The notes beneath the pieces are model-generated. The model was not told the origin of the DNA. It made no database searches and worked only from the letters and a program-made list of their open reading frames with translations. DNA of 64,000 nucleotides, from IMG/VR virus record IMGVR_UViG_3300035659_000006. One strand, written 5' to 3'. Every line of letters begins with the position of its first letter. Position 1 is the stretch's first letter. The position numbers and the translations under genes were made by a program. Positions 58,575-64,000 of this stretch are shown one piece after another. This DNA is from an uncultured virus (IMG/VR IMGVR_UViG_3300035659_000006). Its lineage: Duplodnaviria; Heunggongvirae; Uroviricota; Caudoviricetes.

Positions 58575-59885
58575 CTAGGCGATCTTCACTCTCCGGGCGT
58601 GGGCGTGCAGCCTCTCCCACGGCACCTGGACGGCCATCAGGCTCTCCAGGAGGAAGTCGTAGGAGGCGCGCGTCCGGCCCAGCTCGATGAAGGTCACCAG
58701 GTTGTCCACGGCCTGCCCGATCGGGTCGATCAGGCTCACCACGGAGGCGCCCCGGTCCTCAGGGTTCAGGTTGACGAAGAAGATGTTCTCCTCTCCGGTT
58801 GCCTGGTACCTCTTGCTGGCAGCGCCACCAGGCCGGGTCAGGTTGGCCGTGTCCGACCAGGCGGCCACGTTCCCCGTGATCTTGCCGTCGCCGTCGCGGG
58901 TCTTGCCCGCGATGGTCGTGTACAGGTAGGCCGTGCCGGCCCCACCGTCCACGTCCGAGCGGTAGATCTTGTAGAGCAGCGCGAGCGGGTCCGCCACCCA
59001 GGTCAGGTTGGCGATGTGCTCCGTCGCCCCCGAGGTGCAGTTGCACTCGGCTGCGGCCCGCTGCTCGCCGTTCTCGTAGACGGCGGCCACCTGGTAGCGG
59101 TACACGCCGTTGGGCAGGGCACCGCCAGTGGCGATGGCCGCAGCCAGGGTCCCCGGAGCCTGGGCGGACGGCTTGACGTAGTCCGTCTCCAGGATCGGGT
59201 AGCCCCGGTACAGCGTCATGCGGAAGCCGCCCTCGTACTCGACCGTCTGCACCTCGCGCCGTGCCAGGGTCTGGAGGCCGGAGATCTTCGACACCATGCC
59301 CTTGCTGGCGACGAAGAGGGCCGGGTCCTTGTCCGCGCCCCGGAAGCCCGTGGCCCCGTCGATCAGGTCATCGAGCAGCTTCAGGGTAACGACGGCGTTG
59401 TGGTCGACGATGTTGGTCACGATGATCTGATCCAGCCCGTCGGGGATGTACGGATCAGCCGTGGCACCCCAGAGGATGGCGAACTCGGCCTGGTTAGACA
59501 TGGCCTCCACGCCAGCCTTCTGTTCCGCCACCAGCGAATCGATGAACCGCTGGGAGGCGGCTCGCTGGAAGCCGGTCACGGCGCCCCAGTAGTGCAGGGG
59601 CTTCAGCGTGACCGTGGGCCGGTCGTAGGTCGACTGGACGGCACCCGCCCTGTTGTCGACGAGCTCGCCCTCGAAGGCGGCCGCGCCGTGAGCCGTCCGG
59701 CGGACGATCTCGTGCACCCGCCCCTTGGCCTGCTTGATGGGCATCACCTGGAGCAGCGGCTGCAGCCGCAACAGCTCCTCGACGAGGGCCGGCTCCAGGT
59801 CCTCCGGCTGGAGCGCCGTCCCCGACGCCCCGGCGGCCGTGAGGGCCTTGGCCAGCTCGCTCGTAGCCTTGATTAGCCGTTCCAT
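58575..59885 (-). CDS. Major capsid protein with an inserted FN3/Ig-like domain
   Basis: 436 aa after the scaffold; ALQPEDLE, E.AILWG, DGL..II; insert YRYQVAAVYENGE...LTW...YKIYRS. Confidence 0.85.
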   Translation of the reverse strand: MERLIKATSELAKALTAAGASGTALQPEDLEPALVEELLRLQPLLQVMPIKQAKGRVHEIVRRTAHGAAAFEGELVDNRAGAVQSTYDRPTVTLKPLHYWGAVTGFQRAASQRFIDSLVAEQKAGVEAMSNQAEFAILWGATADPYIPDGLDQIIVTNIVDHNAVVTLKLLDDLIDGATGFRGADKDPALFVASKGMVSKISGLQTLARREVQTVEYEGGFRMTLYRGYPILETDYVKPSAQAPGTLAAAIATGGALPNGVYRYQVAAVYENGEQRAAAECNCTSGATEHIANLTWVADPLALLYKIYRSDVDGGAGTAYLYTTIAGKTRDGDGKITGNVAAWSDTANLTRPGGAASKRYQATGEENIFFVNLNPEDRGASVVSLIDPIGQAVDNLVTFIELGRTRASYDFLLESLMAVQVPWERLHAHARRVKIA

Positions 59886-59943
59886 GGGAATCTACCTCCG
59901 CTGCATCCCGGCGAGGCCGGGGGATATTCGCTCGTTCGAAGCG

Positions 59944-60939
59944 CTACCTGCGATGCATCCCGGCGAGGCCGGGGGAATACGTGTCGCCGGGCCGGTCGGA
60001 GCGGGACTTCCTCTTGGGCTTCTCCCGCGTGTCCTCCTCGTCCACGGCGATGCTCTTGTAGATGGGCCTGCGCGCTTGGGCGATGGCGTCGCTGATCATC
60101 TTGGCCACCTCGACGGCAGTGACCGGAGCGCCCTGCGGCTGGACGGCCTCTTCCTCGTCGTCCCTCTTCTCCGTGGGCTGCTCCTGTCCCTCCTTCAGGG
60201 CGGCCAGTTGCTCCGCGAGCGCTCCCATGCCCCTGAGCACCTCGGCCTGGAACTCGTCGGCGACCTCGACCTCGATCTCGCCGAGCTTCACCTTCACGGG
60301 CTCCGTCGACTTCACGCCGACGCCGCCCAGGATTTCGGACAGCTTGCTCCCGAAGGCCTTCACGGCCGCGTCGATGAGCGCCAGCTTGTTCTCCTCTTCG
60401 CTGTCCAGGACGACCCAGACCACGTCCATGAGAGCGTCGAAGCAGGCCCACACGTCGCCCGAGGCGGCCATGCCGCGGTAGGCGGTGTCGAAGTCGGTCG
60501 TCGCCTCGATCTGCTTCTGGCGCTCCAAGATGCCCAGGGCGGCCTGGCCTGGACGCGACAGCTCCGACTTGTGCTCCGCCAGGAAGCTGACGGCCCCCGC
60601 GACTGTCAACGGCTCCACGGGTGTGGGCGGTTCAACTGCGGCGGGAGCTGCCTCAGGAGCTGCAGCGGCAGGCTCGGCCTCCGGCTCCTCGGCCTTGCTC
60701 ACTGGCTTCGTGCCCTCCGGTTCCGTGGCCTCGGGCTCCTCGGGATGCTCCTCAGCCGTGGCTTCCGGCTCCGGGACCTCGGGGTCGTGCTTGTCTTTGA
60801 CCACTGTGTCCTCCTCTTGGCGCTTCATGAGCAGGAACTCGCGCCCAATAGCAGGCGAATCCACCATGCTGACGATGGTCACCGTCAGCTCTTCCAGGCG
60901 GTAAGCCGCGGGGTCTTCGGTATTCGCTCTGCCCTTCAT
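59944..60939 (-). CDS. Scaffold protein with N-terminal protease-like strand; probable internal start at 60804
   Basis: VSMVDSPA motif, acidic PE-rich linker; AGGAGG before the in-frame GTG 60804. Confidence 0.7.
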   Translation of the reverse strand: MKGRANTEDPAAYRLEELTVTIVSMVDSPAIGREFLLMKRQEEDTVVKDKHDPEVPEPEATAEEHPEEPEATEPEGTKPVSKAEEPEAEPAAAAPEAAPAAVEPPTPVEPLTVAGAVSFLAEHKSELSRPGQAALGILERQKQIEATTDFDTAYRGMAASGDVWACFDALMDVVWVVLDSEEENKLALIDAAVKAFGSKLSEILGGVGVKSTEPVKVKLGEIEVEVADEFQAEVLRGMGALAEQLAALKEGQEQPTEKRDDEEEAVQPQGAPVTAVEVAKMISDAIAQARRPIYKSIAVDEEDTREKPKRKSRSDRPGDTYSPGLAGMHRR

Positions 60940-60945
60940 GGCACC

Positions 60946-60982
60946 AAAAAAACGACTGCCCGTTGGGGCAGTCGCGGCTGCT
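60946..60982 (-). terminator. Intrinsic terminator/attenuator before scaffold-MCP
   Basis: CGACTGCCC-CAAC-GGGCAGTCG then T7; overlaps the conserved 17-mer. Confidence 0.75.
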
Positions 60983-61020
60983 GCTCTAAGGTGACGCTAG
61001 ACGCTACGCGGCGTCACGTC

Positions 61021-62181
61021 CTACGGCGGCGTGGCACTGGCCAGTACCTCAACTCCGGCGGGCAACTCCTTGACGGGGATGCGCAGCCCGCGCCCCATGA
61101 TCGAGAAGCCGCGCAGCTCGCCGCTCTCCACCTGCCGCCAGACCTCCTCATCCATCACCTTGACCGACATGATCCAGTCGCCGGCGCCCACGGGCTGCTC
61201 GCCCAGCTCGAAGTCCACCGGCGCCTGGTAGCACTCCACAACACGCAGGAGGGGATTGATCACCTCGTTGTGCATCACGTCGAGCTGCTGGAAGGCGATC
61301 ATGTACTTCTCCATGGCCTTCCAGATCTCGTCCGGCTCCACGTAGTCATCCTGATAATCGACGGTGTTGGCGGCCAGGACGTGGCCCGTCACGACGCGCC
61401 TCTCGCTGTTGACCTTGAGGATGGGGGCGAAGACCGACCAGGCCCCGTCCTCCTCGACCTTCAGGACGGGACGCATCTCGGGGTTGCGCTTCTGCTGGCT
61501 GGCCTCGCCGAGCTGGTCGAGCACGGAGCGGATCCGAGCGATGGCTTCCTCGGCCGCGTCGACAGCGCTGCGGAGCGCCTGCTCGTTCTTCGCTGAGAGG
61601 ACCCGACCGACCTTGCCCAGTTCCACCAGCACGCCGAGGTTAGCCAGGGCCTCCTCGATGGGGATATCCCCACCCCGGAGTTGCCGGATGTATTCCACGG
61701 CCTCTGGGCTGGCGCTCTTCTCCTGCTCCCAGGGAGGCACCTTGTCGAACTGACCATAGTGCCCCGCCAGGTGGGCCTTGACGCCGTCCATGTCATCATC
61801 GGGGACATCTACGCCGCCCCTCGAACCCTGGCAGGCGGCGCCGGCCGCCGAGACGCCGTTCCACACGACCACGAATGAGCCGTCCACGATGTCGTGGTGA
61901 GGCAGCTTGTAGCTACTCGTCAGTTCCGGCTCATCCTCATCGTACCAGGCGAAGCCGGTTCGGTACTTGGCCCAGTCGATCTTGTCGTTGTCACCGGAGC
62001 CGTCAGAGGATGCCCACTCCGCGAGCCTCTTCCGGGCTCCATCGCCGTCCCAGGCCATGTCTTCAGGGGCCTTGGCCGGTGTGTGGCTGGCCACGGCGCC
62101 CTTCTCCTGGACGCTCCCCAGCAGGTCAAGGAGCGGCTGGCAGGCGTCGCGGAAGGCCTGCAACAAGGCTGGGTTAGTCAT
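61021..62181 (-). CDS. XkdF-like prohead serine protease
   Basis: RRVVTG.VL....DYQDD...H...VECY.AP...W...V..GELRGFSIMG. Confidence 0.85.
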   Translation of the reverse strand: MTNPALLQAFRDACQPLLDLLGSVQEKGAVASHTPAKAPEDMAWDGDGARKRLAEWASSDGSGDNDKIDWAKYRTGFAWYDEDEPELTSSYKLPHHDIVDGSFVVVWNGVSAAGAACQGSRGGVDVPDDDMDGVKAHLAGHYGQFDKVPPWEQEKSASPEAVEYIRQLRGGDIPIEEALANLGVLVELGKVGRVLSAKNEQALRSAVDAAEEAIARIRSVLDQLGEASQQKRNPEMRPVLKVEEDGAWSVFAPILKVNSERRVVTGHVLAANTVDYQDDYVEPDEIWKAMEKYMIAFQQLDVMHNEVINPLLRVVECYQAPVDFELGEQPVGAGDWIMSVKVMDEEVWRQVESGELRGFSIMGRGLRIPVKELPAGVEVLASATPP

Positions 62182-62389
62182 GGCTCAACATCTCCCGCAA
62201 CTGGCCGCGCAGCGACGGCGACAGGCCCGACCGTAGGGCGCTCTCCACGATCTCGGCGATGCAGATCCGGTTCTCGTGGTGCTCGCCGTGGTGCCTCGCC
62301 TTCACGACCAGACTGTCTCCGTCCACCATCAGCACCGGCGTCCGGCAGCGCGGCTGGCTACACAGGAGCGTCGTGCGCCGGCCGGCCAT
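62174..62389 (-). CDS. Small Zn-ribbon (Com-like) protein
   Basis: CxxxxC...LVVKARHHGEHH. Confidence 0.45.
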   Translation of the reverse strand: MAGRRTTLLCSQPRCRTPVLMVDGDSLVVKARHHGEHHENRICIAEIVESALRSGLSPSLRGQLREMLSHD

Positions 62390-62756
62390 CAGGACCAAAG
62401 GTCTGCTCCACCTGTTCTGGGAAGGCGCCGCGCGACGCCTCGCGCGCCTCCTCCCGGCTGATATCCGGATAGAGGCCGCTCATGACACCGGGGTCGCGCC
62501 GGATAGCGGCCCGCAACACCTTCAGGCGGTTGCGGGTCATGCCCGGTATGGCCAGCAGCTCAGCGTCAGTCCGCTCGTCCAGCATCTGGGCGCTGACTGT
62601 GCGGATGCCCCCGCCTAGCTCGATCTGGTACCATGGCCATCCCTTGCGGATGACCTCCCGCACGCTCTCCGACACGTCGAGCTCTTCGAGGTACATACTC
62701 GGATCGAAACCAGGCTTCTGAACCGTGCGGCGCACGACGGTCAGGGGAAGGTTCAT
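62358..62756 (-). CDS. RNA polymerase alpha-CTD-like protein
   Basis: LEELDVS...GIRTV...TDAELLAIPGM....L..LR aligns with the alpha-CTD pattern. Confidence 0.6.
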   Translation of the reverse strand: MNLPLTVVRRTVQKPGFDPSMYLEELDVSESVREVIRKGWPWYQIELGGGIRTVSAQMLDERTDAELLAIPGMTRNRLKVLRAAIRRDPGVMSGLYPDISREEAREASRGAFPEQVEQTFGPDGRPAHDAPV

Positions 62757-63196
62757 CGGTTCCCTCCATGCAAGCCTTTGAGCGCCAGCCGGAATCCTTC
62801 GCGGAGGGCTCTCTCCTCATCTGAGATTGACGGCGAGCCACGGCCCTCTCGGCGATTTCCCCGAATAACCTGTCGCTGGGCGAGGAATTCAAGAGCCAGC
62901 CAAGCTTGATCGGCCTTACCGACCATGTAACGACGGCAGCGCTCCAGCATGTTAGCTGCCGCTGCTTGCCCTGCCGACCAGGCCCACAGCTTGCCCTGTC
63001 GGCAGACAGAGCCACCGAACAGCGCGAGAAGCCGTTCCACCATGTTGCGGCTTGAGTTGACAACGACCACAGCGACTTGGTGCGTCCCGTAGACCTTCCC
63101 GCCACGGAATTGAATCCCGATATAACCTTCGCCATCGAGAATGCCTGCGGCCCACGCCAAATCAGTGGCCCTGAGTCTCATGGCCGGAAACGGCAT
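62753..63196 (-). CDS. Single-motif LAGLIDADG homing endonuclease
   Basis: LAWAAGILDGEGYIGI, LFGG, YMVGKADQA. Confidence 0.85.
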   Translation of the reverse strand: MPFPAMRLRATDLAWAAGILDGEGYIGIQFRGGKVYGTHQVAVVVVNSSRNMVERLLALFGGSVCRQGKLWAWSAGQAAAANMLERCRRYMVGKADQAWLALEFLAQRQVIRGNRREGRGSPSISDEERALREGFRLALKGLHGGNR

Positions 63197-63257
63197 GGCT
63201 CACCTCCAAGGCTAGCCTAGAAAGGCGGGGCGCTCAGCACAAAGCCTCGCGTGGCAA

Positions 63258-63428
63258 CTACTTCTCGGCTGGCCAGCACCAGCGGCACTTGTGCCAGCGC
63301 GGGTCCAGTCCGTCGGCCTCGCCCCGGCGCTTGATGTCGTCCGTGTTGCAGCGTTCACTCAAGCCCGCCCGCCGGTGCACGACCACGCGCAGCCCGAACC
63401 AGGTCTTGTTCAGGATGTACGGCTTCAT
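63258..63428 (-). CDS. Small hypothetical protein (56 aa)
   Basis: AGGAGG RBS; MKPYILNK...CRWCWPAEK. Confidence 0.5.
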   Translation of the reverse strand: MKPYILNKTWFGLRVVVHRRAGLSERCNTDDIKRRGEADGLDPRWHKCRWCWPAEK

Positions 63429-63484
63429 CTTGGCCTCCTGGGAGCGCCCTCATGCGCTTCTCGACCGATCCGCCGCCAGAATCG

Positions 63485-63853
63485 CTACACGACGCCACGG
63501 CCGACCGGGACGGAGGATCTCCCAGACCTCGGCGCCATAGCAGGCCGCGACCTTACGAAGTATCTGGCGGTCCAGTCGCCGCCAAAGATGTCCTGGGCAG
63601 CGGCCACAACCCTCGCCCAGGGGAACGGCTGACAGGAGAAGCAGTCGACGAACGCCCTCGCGCCCTGAATGTGGGCCGATATATGGCTCTCGGCGATGAC
63701 GACGAAGCCGATCCCGTGCGCCTCGTCGACCACCGGGCCGGCGATCACGGTCAGACCCGTAACCTCTACGGCCCTGTTCAGCCAGCGCAGGATGTCGCCT
63801 GGGTGAGACAAAACGCCTGAGCCGTCGGCCAACAGGTGATAGCCCTGGATCAT
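63485..63853 (-). CDS. speD: S-adenosylmethionine decarboxylase proenzyme (SpeD/SpeH-like)
   Basis: GYHLLAD, VVIAE|SHISAH cleavage motif, DCFSC. Confidence 0.85.
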   Translation of the reverse strand: MIQGYHLLADGSGVLSHPGDILRWLNRAVEVTGLTVIAGPVVDEAHGIGFVVIAESHISAHIQGARAFVDCFSCQPFPWARVVAAAQDIFGGDWTARYFVRSRPAMAPRSGRSSVPVGRGVV

Positions 63854-63901
63854 CGGGTTCTCCAGACATCGCTCTCACCCCTCTCGCGGGACGCCGACCG
63901 G

Positions 63902-64000
63902 TCATTCGGCTGTCGCCTCCAGGTCACCGCCGAGCCACGGCGACTCAGGCCGCTCGCCCTCGTACTCGACCTCGAGGCTGTGGCAGCAGTTGACGTGCAG
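63902..64000 (-). CDS. C-terminus of a Mu gpF-like head morphogenesis protein (partial)
   Basis: LHVNCCHSL resembles the HPNCRC motif; position upstream of the protease. Confidence 0.5.
   Translation of the reverse strand: MHVNCCHSLEVEYEGERPESPWLGGDLEATAE

Larger units (their letters stand above)
1..64000. mobile_element. Temperate tailed phage (siphovirus-like) genome segment; terminase/portal expected beyond the right edge
   Basis: Ordered head-neck-tail-lysis-integrase-replication modules, dense overlapping ORFs, no host housekeeping genes, no tail sheath seen. Confidence 0.95.

Noticed and set aside
62753..63257. Group I intron or intein around the LAGLIDADG ORF
   Set aside because: The ORF has its own GGAGG RBS and overlaps the next gene; no interrupted host gene or room for an intron core is visible
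1..64000. Stop-codon reassignment or suppressor tRNA
   Set aside because: Recognisable genes are full length in code 11, TAG and TGA both end many of them, and both tRNAs have sense anticodons

Overview
The whole window is part of one GC-rich tailed-phage genome. It looks temperate and siphovirus-like, and no host chromosomal genes are recognisable. Almost everything is on the minus strand. From right to left: (1) head module with the end of a Mu-F-like gene, a SpeD-like AdoMet decarboxylase, a LAGLIDADG endonuclease, an RNAP alpha-CTD-like protein, XkdF-type protease, scaffold and major capsid; (2) connector and tail module with tail tube, tail chaperone (-1 frameshift), an antisense lipoprotein moron, tape measure, Dit, hub and three paralogous tip proteins; (3) an unusual fibre cassette with a 140-aa subunit, a 1050-aa protein of ~35 repeats of ~23 aa, two small proteins each carrying one copy of that repeat, a beta-helix spike and a BppU-like protein; (4) lysis genes and a duplicated CsrA-like gene; (5) lysogeny module with a tyrosine integrase between two XRE genes and a tRNA-Arg(UCG) antisense to the early leader; (6) a long early region with initiator, DnaC-like loader, MarR, LexA-like HTH, ParB, split SbcC plus SbcD, radical SAM, RusA, HerA-like ATPase, ASCH/DUF3850, DUF5131, transglycosylase, HNH, tRNA-fMet and MmcB-like nuclease. 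The best candidates for undescribed biology are the repeat-templated fibre cassette, a conserved attenuator-like leader in front of the capsid, tail-tube and fibre-subunit genes, and the tRNA/anticodon-mimic hairpin in the lysis-lysogeny switch. All family calls come from motif recognition by eye; no database searches were run.
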